Positions 20,872 to 31,364 of a stretch of DNA of 64,000 nt are shown one piece after another. The stretch covers positions 83,433 to 147,432 of the forward strand of contig CAVZSH010000007.1 in NCBI GenBank assembly GCA_963777915.1, given 5' to 3'. Made by a program: the position numbers and the translations under genes. This stretch comes from an uncultured Solirubrobacterales bacterium. GTDB taxonomy: Bacteria; Actinomycetota; Thermoleophilia; Solirubrobacterales; 70-9. The notes beneath the pieces are model-generated. The model was not told the origin of the DNA, searched no databases, and was given only the letters and a program-made list of their open reading frames with translations. The first letter of the stretch is position 1. Each line of letters opens with the position of its first letter.

Positions 20872-23275
20872 AGGCCCCGATTCCCTCCACTTCGACGGTT
20901 GTCTCCAGCCGTTCGATCTGGGGCAGCCTCCACAGCAGGCTGGCGAAGGTGAGGCCGATTGCGGCGGAGAGCAGCGCCAAAAACCATTGGGTGGCGCTGA
21001 GCAGGACCAACTGAAAGAAGTCGCGCACCGGGGCGGCGGCGAGGCCGAGGGCGAAGAGGGCGCCGAGCCCGGCGATCAGGGCGAGCATGTAGCTCTGGAT
21101 CGCGATGTGCTCGCGACCAGGCCCGCGCTCCAGCAACAAGACGAAGCTGAGGCCGAGCACGATCAGGGTCGTCGTCGCGGCGGTGCGCCCTGCTTCCAGC
21201 GTTCCGCCGAAGACTGTGTCGACCAAGAAGAAGGAGAGGATCGAGCCGAGCGCCGTCGCCAGCCCCGCCGGTACCGCAAAGGCGGCCAGGGCCGGGATCA
21301 GCCGCCCCCTGTAAAGCGGCCCATCCGAGGGGGCAAGGGCGAGGACGAAGGAGGGGATGCCGATCGTCAGCAGCGCGGCCAGGGTCAGGTGTCGTGGCAA
21401 GAACGGAAAGGCGAACCCCGGTACCGCGACCAGGAGGATCAGCGCCGCCGCGTAGACCGTCTTGGTCAGGTACAGCCGGCCGAGCCGGTGGATGTTGCGG
21501 GCGATCCGCCTTCCTTCCCCGACCGCCTCCGGCAGCCGCGCGAACTCGTCCTTCAACAGCACCACGTCGGCGACACCCTTGGTCACCTGGGCGCCCGAGC
21601 CCATCGCAACCGCGATCCGCGCCCGCTTCAGAGCCGGCACGTCGTTGACGCCGTCGCCGAGCATCGCCGTGTAGCGCCCCGACTCCGAGAGCGCCGCGAC
21701 CAGCGCTTTCTTCTGCTCGGGCTTGATCCGGCAGAAGATCGTGTGGCGCTGCGCCGCCGCGGCCAGCCCCTCGGGGTCCTCGGGGAGCTCTGGCCCCTCG
21801 ATCACCCCGGCCTCACGCGGTACTCCGACCGCATAGGCGACCGCGGTCACGGTCGCCCGGGCATCGCCGGAGATCAGCTTCAGGTCGACGTCCTGCTCGC
21901 GCATGAAGGCGATCGTCTCGGCCGCGTCGGGGCGCAGCGTCTCCTCCAGCACGATGAGCGCGACGGGGGAGATTCGCGGCGGCGCCTGCGCCGAGGGGTT
22001 GACCGGGAGCGCCTCCTTGGATTCGCCGAAGGCGACGACGCGCCGCCCGGCCGCCGTCTCCTCCTCCAGCTTGCGGGCCAGCCCCACAGGCAGGGTCAGC
22101 GCACCGGCCTCGGTCAGGACATCGGGGGCGCCCAGCACATAGGCGGTCGCCCCCAGAGCGATCCCGCTCCACTTCCACTCCGAGGAGAAGGGGACCTCGG
22201 CGCTCACCCGAGCGGCCCGGCCCGCGAAGCGCTCGGCGATCGTCTCCAGGGTCCGGTTGCGATCGCCGGCGCTCGCCGCGAAGCGCCCCAGCGCGGCGTG
22301 GGCGGCCGCCTCGTCGACCCCCTCGGCAACCTCGACGCCGACCAGCCGCAGCTCGCCGTCGGTCAGGGTTCCGGTCTTATCGATGCAGATCGTGTCGACC
22401 GCGGCGAGGCTCTCGGTCGCGCTCATCTGCTGGACCAGGGTGTTCTTGCGGGCCAGCCGCACCGCCGCCACCGCAAAGGTGACGCTCATCAGCAGCACCA
22501 TTCCCTCCGGGATCAGCGTCACCAGGCCCGCCGTCGCCGTCTGCGCCGCTTCTTCGAGGCTGACGTTGCGCAACTTCAGGGTGAGGAGCAGGATCGCCGC
22601 CAGCGGGATCATCACGTAGACGCAGACGACGATCACCCGGTTGACCTCTTCTTGCAGCGGCGAGGGGGGATGGCGGAAGGCCTGCGCCTCGCCGGCCAGC
22701 CGTCCCGCGTAGCTCTCCTCGCGGACCGCGTCGGCGAGGTAGTAGCCAGAGCCGGCGATGCAGAAGGAGCCCGACAGGGCCCGCTCCCCCAGCCCCTTGC
22801 GAACCCCGTCGGCCTCGCCGGTCAGCATCGACTCGTCGAGGATCATGCCCCGGGTGTGGATCACCTCGCCGTCGGCGACGAGCTGGTCGCCGGGCTCGAT
22901 GTGGACGACGTCGCCGGGCACCACTTCGCTCGCCACCAGCTCGACCACCGCGCCGTCCCGTGCCACCTTCGCGTGCGGAGCGATCAGCACCGCCAGCTCG
23001 TCGAGGGTCGCCTTTGCCTTCAGCTCCTGGCGGATCCCGATGTAGGAGTTGATCACCGCGATCAGCCCGAACAGCGAGTCCGCATACAGCCCGAGCGCCA
23101 TGTCGAGGACGAAGAAGACGCCGATGATCGCGTTGAACAGCGTGAAGACGTTGCCGGCGACGATGCTTGAGACCGAGCGCGAGGAGCTTTCGGGAGGCGG
23201 CCCGAGCCTGTGCAGCCGGGCAGCCGCCTCGGCGCTGGAGAGGCCGCGCCTCAAGGCGGTGTCGGTCGTGCTCAT
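20837..23275 (-). CDS. cation-translocating P-type ATPase (HAD-IC)
   Basis: Contains LTGEADGV (TGE), the phosphorylation site DKTGTLT and the hinge MLGDGVNDVPAL. About 10 TM segments. Confidence 0.9.
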   Translation of the reverse strand: MSTTDTALRRGLSSAEAAARLHRLGPPPESSSRSVSSIVAGNVFTLFNAIIGVFFVLDMALGLYADSLFGLIAVINSYIGIRQELKAKATLDELAVLIAPHAKVARDGAVVELVASEVVPGDVVHIEPGDQLVADGEVIHTRGMILDESMLTGEADGVRKGLGERALSGSFCIAGSGYYLADAVREESYAGRLAGEAQAFRHPPSPLQEEVNRVIVVCVYVMIPLAAILLLTLKLRNVSLEEAAQTATAGLVTLIPEGMVLLMSVTFAVAAVRLARKNTLVQQMSATESLAAVDTICIDKTGTLTDGELRLVGVEVAEGVDEAAAHAALGRFAASAGDRNRTLETIAERFAGRAARVSAEVPFSSEWKWSGIALGATAYVLGAPDVLTEAGALTLPVGLARKLEEETAAGRRVVAFGESKEALPVNPSAQAPPRISPVALIVLEETLRPDAAETIAFMREQDVDLKLISGDARATVTAVAYAVGVPREAGVIEGPELPEDPEGLAAAAQRHTIFCRIKPEQKKALVAALSESGRYTAMLGDGVNDVPALKRARIAVAMGSGAQVTKGVADVVLLKDEFARLPEAVGEGRRIARNIHRLGRLYLTKTVYAAALILLVAVPGFAFPFLPRHLTLAALLTIGIPSFVLALAPSDGPLYRGRLIPALAAFAVPAGLATALGSILSFFLVDTVFGGTLEAGRTAATTTLIVLGLSFVLLLERGPGREHIAIQSYMLALIAGLGALFALGLAAAPVRDFFQLVLLSATQWFLALLSAAIGLTFASLLWRLPQIERLETTVEVEGIGAFSPGGGKGRTG

Positions 23276-23303
23276 GGGAAGTATTCAATAGGGTGCGAGC
23301 CGG

Positions 23304-24365
23304 ATGTCTTTGAAGCTAGGACTCAACCTCGGCTACTGGGGGATCGGCCCTGCCGGAGAGGACGCCGTCGATCTGGTCAAGGCCGCCGAGGGCGCCGGCT
23401 TTGAGTCTGTATGGGTGGCCGAGTCATACGGATCTGACGTAATCAGCGTCCTCGCCTGGCTCGCCCCGCAGACCAAGACGATCAAGCTCGGCGCGGCGAT
23501 CATGCAGGTCCCCGCCCGCCCGCCCGCCGCCGCGGCGATGGCCGGCGCCACGATCGACAAGCTCTCCGACGGCCGCTTCATCTTCGGCTTCGGACCGTCG
23601 GGACCGCAGGTCTCTGAGGGCTGGTACGGGGTGCCCTACGCGAAGCCCTGGGGGCGGACCCGTGAGTACGTCGAAGTGGTGCGGGAGATCGTCTCCCGCG
23701 AGGGGCCGCTGGAGCACCAGGGCGAGCACTACCAGCTGCCCCTGCCCGGAGGCGAGGGCAAGGCGCTGAAGCTCAACTTCCACCCACTGCGCAACGGCAT
23801 CCCCGTCTTCCTCGGCGCGATCGGGCGTAAATCTGTCGAGCTGGCTGCCGAGATCGCCGACGGCTGGATCCCGATCTTCTTCAGCGTCGATGCCTTTGAG
23901 CAGACCTGGGGCGAGCACCTGCAGGCAGGCTTCGCCAAAGGCGGGCGGCAGCGCTCAGACCTTGAGGTCTCCCCGTCGCTTCAGGTCGCGATCGACGGCG
24001 ACCAGGAGGCGGCGAAGAGCGTCGTCAAGGCGGGCCTCGTCCTCTACTTCGGCGGCATGGGCAGCCGCAAGACCAACTTCTACGTCGACCTCGCCCACCG
24101 CTTCGGCTTCGGCGAGGTAGCCGACGAGGTGCAGCGACGCTTCCAGGAGGGCGACCGGGCCGGCGCCTTTGAGGCGATGCCCGACGAGATCGTCGAGGCG
24201 ACCTCGCTGGTCGGCAGCGAGGAAGAGGTGGCGGAGCGGATCGAGCGATTCCGCGGCGCCGGCATCGACCGGCTGATCGTCTCGCCGGTCCACGTCGAGC
24301 GTGGCGAGCAGCTGCACACGATCGAGCGCCTGGCGGCGTTGACCGGCGTCTCGACGCCGGTCTGA
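23304..24365 (+). CDS. LLM-class F420-dependent oxidoreductase
   Basis: Luciferase-like TIM-barrel pattern: LGYWGIGP..., FESVWVAESYGSD, GRFIFGFGPSGPQVSEGW. Confidence 0.75.
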   Translation: MSLKLGLNLGYWGIGPAGEDAVDLVKAAEGAGFESVWVAESYGSDVISVLAWLAPQTKTIKLGAAIMQVPARPPAAAAMAGATIDKLSDGRFIFGFGPSGPQVSEGWYGVPYAKPWGRTREYVEVVREIVSREGPLEHQGEHYQLPLPGGEGKALKLNFHPLRNGIPVFLGAIGRKSVELAAEIADGWIPIFFSVDAFEQTWGEHLQAGFAKGGRQRSDLEVSPSLQVAIDGDQEAAKSVVKAGLVLYFGGMGSRKTNFYVDLAHRFGFGEVADEVQRRFQEGDRAGAFEAMPDEIVEATSLVGSEEEVAERIERFRGAGIDRLIVSPVHVERGEQLHTIERLAALTGVSTPV

Positions 24366-24394
24366 GCGGTTGCCATAGGCTCTCGCGGCTTTCG

Positions 24395-25513
24395 ATGAAG
24401 ATCGGAGTTCCGAAAGAGACCGTCGAGGGGGAGCGCCGGGTCGCGCTGGTCCCTGACGTAGTCAAGTCGTTGAAGCGCAACGAGCACGTCGACGTCGTGG
24501 TCGAGTCCGGCGCCGGGGTGGCCGCCGGTCATCCCGACTCCCACTACACCGAGGCCGGGGCGGCGCTCGCCGAGGCCGCCGCTGCCTGGGGCGCTGATCT
24601 AGTTCTTCGAGTCGCCGTCCCGTCCACCGAGGAGATCGGCAAGCTCAGCCCCAACCAGATCCTGATCGGCCACCTCGCTCCCTGGACCTCGGCCGAGACA
24701 AACCGGGCGCTCGCCGAGGCCGGCTTGACCAGCTTTGCGATGGAGGCGATCCCGCGCACCACCCGCGCCCAGGCGATGGACGCGCTCTCCTCGCAGGCCT
24801 CCGCCGCCGGCTACGCCGCGACCCTGATCGCCGTGCGAGAGTCGGGCCGCTTCTTCGGGATGATGACCACCGCAGCGGGCACCGTCCCGCCGGCCAAGGT
24901 CCTCGTCCTCGGCGCCGGCGTAGCCGGCCTGCAGGCGGTCGCCACCGCCAAGCGGCTGGGGGCGATCGTCACCGGCTTTGACATCCGTCGCGCCGCCTGG
25001 GAGCAGATCGCCTCGCTCGGCGGCCGCCCGCTTGAGCTCGACTTCATCCCCGACGCCGAGGGCGAGGGCGGCTACGCCCGCCCGCTCACCGAGGAGGAGA
25101 ACCAGCAGGTCCGCGAGGCGCTTGGTGAGAACGCCGCCAAGCAGGACGTGATCCTCACCACCGCGGCGATCCCCGGCCGCCCGGCGCCGCTGTTGATCAC
25201 CGCCGCGGCGGTGGGGGCGATGCAGCCCGGTTCGGTGATCGTCGACGTCGCCGCCGAGACCGGCGGCAACTGCGAGCTGACCCGGGTCGGGGAGACGGTG
25301 CTCGAAAACGGGGTGAGGGTGCTCGGCCCGCGCAACCTGGCGAGCGAGATGCCGGCACCGGCCTCCCAGCTCTACGCGAAGAACCTGGAGAACCTGCTCG
25401 GCCTGCTGATCACAGAGGAGGGCCAGGTCAAGGTCGACTTCGAGGACGACATCCTCGCCGCGGCCTGCATCACCCGTGATGGGCAGATCCGCAACGAGAG
25501 GGCGGCGAAATGA
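24395..25513 (+). CDS. pntAA: NAD(P) transhydrogenase subunit alpha part 1
   Basis: AlaDH/PNT fold with MKIGVPKE and VLVLGAGVAGLQAVATAKRLGA. Confidence 0.9.
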   Translation: MKIGVPKETVEGERRVALVPDVVKSLKRNEHVDVVVESGAGVAAGHPDSHYTEAGAALAEAAAAWGADLVLRVAVPSTEEIGKLSPNQILIGHLAPWTSAETNRALAEAGLTSFAMEAIPRTTRAQAMDALSSQASAAGYAATLIAVRESGRFFGMMTTAAGTVPPAKVLVLGAGVAGLQAVATAKRLGAIVTGFDIRRAAWEQIASLGGRPLELDFIPDAEGEGGYARPLTEEENQQVREALGENAAKQDVILTTAAIPGRPAPLLITAAAVGAMQPGSVIVDVAAETGGNCELTRVGETVLENGVRVLGPRNLASEMPAPASQLYAKNLENLLGLLITEEGQVKVDFEDDILAAACITRDGQIRNERAAK

Positions 25514-25824
25514 CCCTGATGGCCGAGATCACGATCTTCGTGCTTGCCGCCTTCGTCGGCTTCGAGGTGATCTCGAAGGTGCCGACCACCCTGCACACGC
25601 CGCTGATGTCGCAGACCAACGCGATCCACGGGATCGTGATGCTGGGTGGGCTGATCGTCGTCGGCTACGCCAACGACCCGCTCGAGTACGTGATCGGCAC
25701 GATCGCGATCGCCTTCGGCACGATCAACATCGTCGGCGGTTTCCTGGTCACCGACCGGATGCTCGGCATGTTTGCCAAGAAGCCGAAGCCGAAGGACGAT
25801 GCCGACCCGAAAGGCGAGCGGTGA
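25510..25824 (+). CDS. pntAB: NAD(P) transhydrogenase subunit alpha part 2 (membrane)
   Basis: 104-aa three-TM ORF, overlapped by 4 nt with both flanking pnt genes. Confidence 0.85.
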   Translation: MTLMAEITIFVLAAFVGFEVISKVPTTLHTPLMSQTNAIHGIVMLGGLIVVGYANDPLEYVIGTIAIAFGTINIVGGFLVTDRMLGMFAKKPKPKDDADPKGER

Positions 25825-27236
25825 TCGAGATCGCCCTGCTGAAGCCGGGCGGCAGCGCCGCCACGGCGCTCTACATCGTCGCCTTCTCGATGTTCATCCT
25901 CGGGGTAAAACGCGGCACCCACCCGACTACCGCCAAACAGGGGAACATGGTCGCCGCCGCCGGCATGCTGATCGCCGTCGCGACGACGCTTCTCCTCAAC
26001 GGGATCGGCAACTGGGGCCTGATCGTGGCGGGCATCGCGATCGGCGCGACGATCGGCGTCGTCGCCTCGATCCGCGTCCAGATGACCGCGATGCCGCAGA
26101 TGGTCGCCCTCTACAACGGGGTCGGCGGCGGCGCGGTCGCGCTGATCGCCTGGTCTGAGATCCGCCACGGCATCTCGCTCGGCGAGACGATCCCGCTCGA
26201 AACGCTGATCCCCACCCTGTTTGCCGCGGTGGTCGGCTCGGTCTCCTTCTGGGGCTCGAGCATCGCCTTCGGCAAGTTGCAGGAAGTGATCCCGACCCGG
26301 CCGATGAAGATCCCCGGCCAGCAGGTGATCAACGCCCTGCTGCTGGCCGGCATCCTTGCCGCCTGCGTCGACATCGCCGCCAACAACAGCGACGCCTCCC
26401 AGGGCCTCTTCATCGCGGTCCTCTGCGCCGCGGCCCTGCTCGGCATCCTCGTCGTGCTGCCGATCGGCGGCGCCGACATGCCGGTTGTGATCTCGCTGCT
26501 TAACGCTTTCACCGGGCTCTCGGCCGCGGCGGCCGGCTTCGCGCTGGATAACGTCGCGCTGATCGTCGCCGGCACCCTGGTCGGCTCCTCGGGAACGATC
26601 CTGACGATGGAGATGGCGACCGCGATGAACCGCTCGGTCGCCAATGTCCTCTTTGCGGGCTTTGGTGGGGCCCCGGCCGCCGGCCCGGGAACGGTCGAGG
26701 AGCGCCCGGTCACCTCGATCGGCGCCGAGGACGCGGCGATCAAGCTCGCTTACGCCGACTCGGTCGTGATCGTGCCCGGTTACGGACTCGCAGTCGCCCA
26801 GGCCCAGCATGCGGTCAAGGAGATGGCAGGCGAGCTGGAAAAGCGCGGGGTCACGGTCAGCTACGCGATCCACCCGGTCGCCGGGCGCATGCCGGGGCAC
26901 ATGAACGTGCTGCTGGCCGAGGCCGACGTGCCCTACGAGCAGCTGAAGGAGATGGACGAGATCAACCCCGAGATGCCGCGCACCGATGTCGCCGTGGTGA
27001 TCGGTGCCAACGACGTCACCAACCCCGCCGCCAAGAACGACCCCAACAGCCCGATCGCCGGGATGCCGATCATCGAAGTCGATCAGGCCCAGCAGGCGAT
27101 CGTGATCAAGCGCTCGCTCAGCCCCGGCTTCGCCGGCATCGACAACGACCTCTTTTATGAGCCCAACACCTCGATGCTGTTCGGCGACGCCAAGAAAGCT
27201 GCGGCGGAAATCGCCGCCGAGATCCAGAACCTCTGA
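25821..27236 (+). CDS. pntB: NAD(P) transhydrogenase subunit beta
   Basis: GTG 25821 overlaps the pntAB stop (GTGA). C-terminal dIII motifs GYGLAVAQAQH, YAIHPVAGRMPGHMNVLLAEA and GANDVTNPAA are present. Confidence 0.9.
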   Translation: MIEIALLKPGGSAATALYIVAFSMFILGVKRGTHPTTAKQGNMVAAAGMLIAVATTLLLNGIGNWGLIVAGIAIGATIGVVASIRVQMTAMPQMVALYNGVGGGAVALIAWSEIRHGISLGETIPLETLIPTLFAAVVGSVSFWGSSIAFGKLQEVIPTRPMKIPGQQVINALLLAGILAACVDIAANNSDASQGLFIAVLCAAALLGILVVLPIGGADMPVVISLLNAFTGLSAAAAGFALDNVALIVAGTLVGSSGTILTMEMATAMNRSVANVLFAGFGGAPAAGPGTVEERPVTSIGAEDAAIKLAYADSVVIVPGYGLAVAQAQHAVKEMAGELEKRGVTVSYAIHPVAGRMPGHMNVLLAEADVPYEQLKEMDEINPEMPRTDVAVVIGANDVTNPAAKNDPNSPIAGMPIIEVDQAQQAIVIKRSLSPGFAGIDNDLFYEPNTSMLFGDAKKAAAEIAAEIQNL

Positions 27237-27331
27237 GCGCGCTCGGGGGCCTCTGCGTCGGCGCGCCCTTGCGCCGGGAGGCGTCAAGGGAGGGGTAGGG
27301 GTGCCGGTCCTGCGCCGAGTCGGCTGAGGCG

Positions 27332-28099
27332 TCAGCTCGGCGGCATCCGCAGGGCGCCGTCGAGGCGGATCGTCTCGCCGTTCAGCATCGGGTTGGCGAC
27401 GATCTGGCCGACCAGCTGCGCGTACTCTGCGGGTTGGCCGAGCCGGGAGGGGAAGGGAATGCCGGCGCCGAGCGCCTCTCGCGCTGCTGCGGGGAGGGCG
27501 GCGAGCAGTGGCGTATCGAAGAGCCCGGGGGCGATCGTGACCACGCGGACGCCGCGGGAGGCCATGTCGCGCGCCGCCGGCAGGGTCATGCCGACGATGC
27601 CGCCCTTGGAGGCCGAGTAGGCGGTTTGGCCGACCTGGCCGTCGTAGGCGGCGATCGAGGCGGTGTTGACGCAAACGCCGCGCTCCCCGCCCGCGTCGGG
27701 CTCGTTCTCGCTCATCGCCGCCGCGGCGAGGCGTAGCACGTTGAAGGTGCCGATCAGGTTGACCTTGATCAGGTTGGAGAACGATTCGAGGTCGTGGGGG
27801 CCGCGCCGGTGCGAAAGCCGCTCGGCCCAGCCGATCCCCGCGCAGCAGACCGAGACGCGAAGGCCGTCCTGCGCCGAGGCCGCCCGCTCAACCGCGGCGG
27901 AGGTCGCCCTCTCATCGCTGACGTCGGCCTTCACGAAGGTCGCGCTCGGTCCCAGCTCCGCCGCCAGCGCTTCGCCCTGCTCGGCATTGAGGTCGGCGAT
28001 CGTCACGCTGGCGCCAGCCTCGGCGAGTGCCCGCGCGCTCGCCTCGCCGAGTCCGGAGGCTCCGCCCGCGACCAACGCCCCAACAGCCTCGAGCTTCAT
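27332..28099 (-). CDS. SDR-family oxidoreductase (3-hydroxyacyl-CoA dehydrogenase type-2-like)
   Basis: Contains GGASGLGEA and the [12 protein letters not shown] (YxxxK) motif. Confidence 0.8.
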   Translation of the reverse strand: MKLEAVGALVAGGASGLGEASARALAEAGASVTIADLNAEQGEALAAELGPSATFVKADVSDERATSAAVERAASAQDGLRVSVCCAGIGWAERLSHRRGPHDLESFSNLIKVNLIGTFNVLRLAAAAMSENEPDAGGERGVCVNTASIAAYDGQVGQTAYSASKGGIVGMTLPAARDMASRGVRVVTIAPGLFDTPLLAALPAAAREALGAGIPFPSRLGQPAEYAQLVGQIVANPMLNGETIRLDGALRMPPS

Positions 28100-28212
28100 A
28101 GAGCGAGCAGCCTACCGGCGGCCCCGCGCCTCCCGACGGCGCGCTCGTTCGGCCTCCTTCACTTCTCACACCGAAGGTTCGACCCCGCTAGGGTCTTCGG
28201 ATCGCCACCGAG

Positions 28213-29418
28213 GTGACGGCAAGCTCCAAGGAAGCGATTGCGCTGCGCCTCGCCGAGGCGCGGGAGCGGACCCTGGAGCTGATCGAGTCGCTCGATGACG
28301 CTCAGCTCAACCGCGTCTACTCGCCGATCCTCAGCCCGCTGGCCTGGGACCTCGGCCACATCGCCAACTTCGAGGAGCTCTGGCTGGTGCAGACTGTCGG
28401 TCACCGCGAGCCGCTGCACGGCGAACTCGGCCACTTCTACGACGCGATCGAGAATCCGCGGCGTAGCCGCGGCGAGCTGCCGATCCTGCGCGACGCCGAG
28501 CTGCGCGCCTACCTGGCCGAGGTGCGTGAGCGCACCCTGGAGGTGCTCGCCGGCGTCGATCTGAGCGAGGAAGCCGCCGACCCCCTGCTCCGCGGCGGCT
28601 TCGTCTACGAGATGCTGCTCGCCCACGAGCACCAGCACAACGAGACGATGCTGCAGCTGCTGCAGATGGTCGAGCGCTATGAGCCGGCGCGGCGAGATCC
28701 CGGCCCGGCGGCTGAGCCGGCCCCAGACGGCCCGGAGATGGTCGCGGTAGCCGGAGGAGAGTGGGCGATCGGCACCTCGCCCGAGGGCTTTGCCTATGAC
28801 AACGAGCGCCCCCGCCACACGGTCGAGCTGGGCGCCTTTGAGATCGACCGCACGCCGGTCACAAACGGCGCCTACGCAGAGTTTGTCGAGGCGGGTGGCG
28901 CCGAGCCACCGATGTACTGGGAGCGCGACGGGGAGGGGGGCTGGGTCCGCACCGCGATGGGCCACTGCGAGCCGCTTGAGCTCGCCCACCCGGTCATCCA
29001 TGTCTCCTGGCATGAGGCCGACGCCTTCGCCCGCTGGGCCGCCAAGCGGCTGCCCAGCGAGCAGGAGTGGGAGGCGGCCTGCGCCGGAGCGAGCGCCGAG
29101 CGCGCCAACCTCGACCAGCTCGGCTTCGGCACCGCCCCCGCCGGCGCCTATGCCGACGGGGCAGCCGCCAGCGGCGCGGTGCAGATGCTCGGCGACGTCT
29201 GGGAGTGGACCGCCTCGGACTTCCTCGCCTATCCCGACTTTGAGCCCTTCCCCTACCCTGAGTACTCCCAGGTCTTCTTCGGCGATGCTCACAAGGTGCT
29301 GCGCGGCGGCGCCTGGGCTACCCGGCGCAACACGATCCGCCCCAGTTTCCGCAACTGGGACCTTCCCCAACGCCGCCAGATCTTCGCCGGCTTTCGCTGC
29401 GCGCGGGACCTGGACTGA
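28213..29418 (+). CDS. egtB: ergothioneine biosynthesis sulfoxide synthase EgtB
   Basis: DinB-like N-terminus (LAWDLGHIANFEELW, HEHQHNETM) and FGE-sulfatase C-terminus (RGGAWATRRNTIRPSFRNW, FAGFRCARD). Confidence 0.85.
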   Translation: MTASSKEAIALRLAEARERTLELIESLDDAQLNRVYSPILSPLAWDLGHIANFEELWLVQTVGHREPLHGELGHFYDAIENPRRSRGELPILRDAELRAYLAEVRERTLEVLAGVDLSEEAADPLLRGGFVYEMLLAHEHQHNETMLQLLQMVERYEPARRDPGPAAEPAPDGPEMVAVAGGEWAIGTSPEGFAYDNERPRHTVELGAFEIDRTPVTNGAYAEFVEAGGAEPPMYWERDGEGGWVRTAMGHCEPLELAHPVIHVSWHEADAFARWAAKRLPSEQEWEAACAGASAERANLDQLGFGTAPAGAYADGAAASGAVQMLGDVWEWTASDFLAYPDFEPFPYPEYSQVFFGDAHKVLRGGAWATRRNTIRPSFRNWDLPQRRQIFAGFRCARDLD

Positions 29419-29459
29419 TCCGAGCCGAGACCGAGCGCGCAAGGACTGAGAGGACCGAC

Positions 29460-30455
29460 TTGAGCTCTGAGACCACCGCAGATCAGATCGCGATCGAGGT
29501 CCACCTCGCCGCCGACGGCGGCGCGGCGATGGAGCACGACATCCGCGCTGGCCTCTCCTCTGAGCCCAAGGAGCTGGCCCCGAAGTACTTCTACGACGAG
29601 CGCGGCTCTCAGCTGTTTGAGCAGATCACCGAGCTGCCCGAGTACTACCCGACCCGCGCCGAGCGCGCGATCCTCGCCGAGCGCTCCGCCGAGATCCTCG
29701 CCGCCGCCGGCGAACCGGGGGTGCTCGTCGAGTTGGGCTCGGGCTCGGCGGCGAAGACTCGCCACCTGTTGAGCGCGATGCGCGACGCCGGCTGCCTGGA
29801 GACCTACGTCCCGGTCGACATCTCCGAGGAGATCACCCACGAGACGGCGGAGAGCCTGGTCGAGGAGTACCCCGGCCTCGCCGTCCGCGGCCTTGTCTGC
29901 GACTTCGAGCACGACCTGGAGCGCATCCCGAACGACGCCGGCGGCAGGCTGATTGCCTTTCTCGGCGGGACGATCGGCAACCTCTACCCACAGGCACGCC
30001 GCGACTTCCTCGCCCGACTGGCGGGCCTGCTCGGCCCCGAGGACCGCCTCCTGTTGGGGACCGACCTGGTCAAGGAGCCCGCCCGCCTCGAGGCCGCCTA
30101 CGACGACGCCGGCGGCGTCACCGCCGAGTTCAACAAGAACGTCTTGGCGGTCCTAAACCGCGAGCTGGGAGCCGACTTCGACCTGGCCGCCTTCGAGCAC
30201 GTCGCCCGCTATGACGGCGCCGAGGCGCGGATGGACATCCGCTTGCGCTCGCTCGCCGAGCAGACGGTCCGCGTCGAGGGCCTCGACCTGGAGGTGGCCT
30301 TCGCCAGCGGCGAGGAGATGCGTACCGAGATCTCGGCCAAGTTCACCCGCGAGCGGCTGGAGCGGGTCTATGAGGAAGCGGGCCTTGAGCTGGCCGGCTG
30401 GTTCACCGATCCCGCCGGCGACTACGCCCTAAGCCTTGCCCAGCGCGCCGATTAG
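29460..30455 (+). CDS. egtD: L-histidine N-alpha-methyltransferase EgtD
   Basis: Contains PKYFYDERGSQLFEQITELPEYYPTRAE and ELGSGSAAKT. TTG start. Confidence 0.85.
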   Translation: MSSETTADQIAIEVHLAADGGAAMEHDIRAGLSSEPKELAPKYFYDERGSQLFEQITELPEYYPTRAERAILAERSAEILAAAGEPGVLVELGSGSAAKTRHLLSAMRDAGCLETYVPVDISEEITHETAESLVEEYPGLAVRGLVCDFEHDLERIPNDAGGRLIAFLGGTIGNLYPQARRDFLARLAGLLGPEDRLLLGTDLVKEPARLEAAYDDAGGVTAEFNKNVLAVLNRELGADFDLAAFEHVARYDGAEARMDIRLRSLAEQTVRVEGLDLEVAFASGEEMRTEISAKFTRERLERVYEEAGLELAGWFTDPAGDYALSLAQRAD

Positions 30456-31364
30456 CTCACCCACCTTCTCGGGCGAGGTGATCGGGGTGAGGATCGGCAG
30501 GGTTATGCCGCCCTCGACGAAAGCCGCGATCCGCTCCCTCATCTCCTCCGGCGTCCCGAAGACGAACGTCTCCTCGATCAGCTCCCAGGGCGCGGCCGCC
30601 GCGGCGCCCTGGCGGTCGCCGGACTCCCAGGCCGCGAGCATCGCGTCGATCTGCTCGCCGTAGCCGAGCCAGCGATAGAAGGCGGCGTAGACCGGGACGG
30701 TGATGTAGGAGGAGAACATGAAGCGCGCCAGCGGCTCGACCGCCGCGCGCTCGCCCGGCAGGCAGAAGAAGCGGCAGAGCAGCTCGAAGCCCTCCGCCGC
30801 GCCCTCGAGCTGGGCGGTCACTTTGGGCAGGCCGCCGAGCGGCAGGAAGTTGGTGAAGGCGCCGTCGGCGCGCTCCACCGCGAGGTCGAGCATCTTGCCG
30901 CGCAGCGCCGCCAAGACGATCGGCACCCGCTGCGCCGGCGCGCTTTCCAGCTTGAAGCCGCTCGCCGTCCGCTCGCCGCCGAGCGCCGCTTGCAGGAACT
31001 CGAGCGTCTCGCGCACCTTGCTCAGCGGTCGCTCGAAGGGGATGCCGTTCCAGCCCTCGACGATCCGATCCGAGGAGGAGCCGATCCCCAGCGCGAAGCG
31101 CCCCCGCGAGGCATCGGCCAGCGCCGCAGCCTCCTGGGCCAGCAGCGCCGGCCCGCGCTGGAACACCCCGACGATCCCGGTTCCCAGGCGCGCCTTCTGC
31201 GTCCAGGCGGCGCTCAGCGCCAGCGGCGTGAACCCGTCCGGCCCGTTCGTCTCCCCGCTCCAGAGGTCTGTGTAGCCCGCCGCCTCGGCTCGCCGCACGT
31301 GCTCCTCGTGATCGGCGAGGCTCAATCCCGGCAGCGGCAATGTCAGACCCCAGCGCTCGGCCAC
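30429..31364 (-). CDS. LLM-class F420-dependent oxidoreductase
   Basis: Luciferase-like pattern with GYTDLWSGE and GRFALGIGSSSDRIVEGWNG. Confidence 0.7.
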   Translation of the reverse strand: MAERWGLTLPLPGLSLADHEEHVRRAEAAGYTDLWSGETNGPDGFTPLALSAAWTQKARLGTGIVGVFQRGPALLAQEAAALADASRGRFALGIGSSSDRIVEGWNGIPFERPLSKVRETLEFLQAALGGERTASGFKLESAPAQRVPIVLAALRGKMLDLAVERADGAFTNFLPLGGLPKVTAQLEGAAEGFELLCRFFCLPGERAAVEPLARFMFSSYITVPVYAAFYRWLGYGEQIDAMLAAWESGDRQGAAAAAPWELIEETFVFGTPEEMRERIAAFVEGGITLPILTPITSPEKVGELIGALGKA

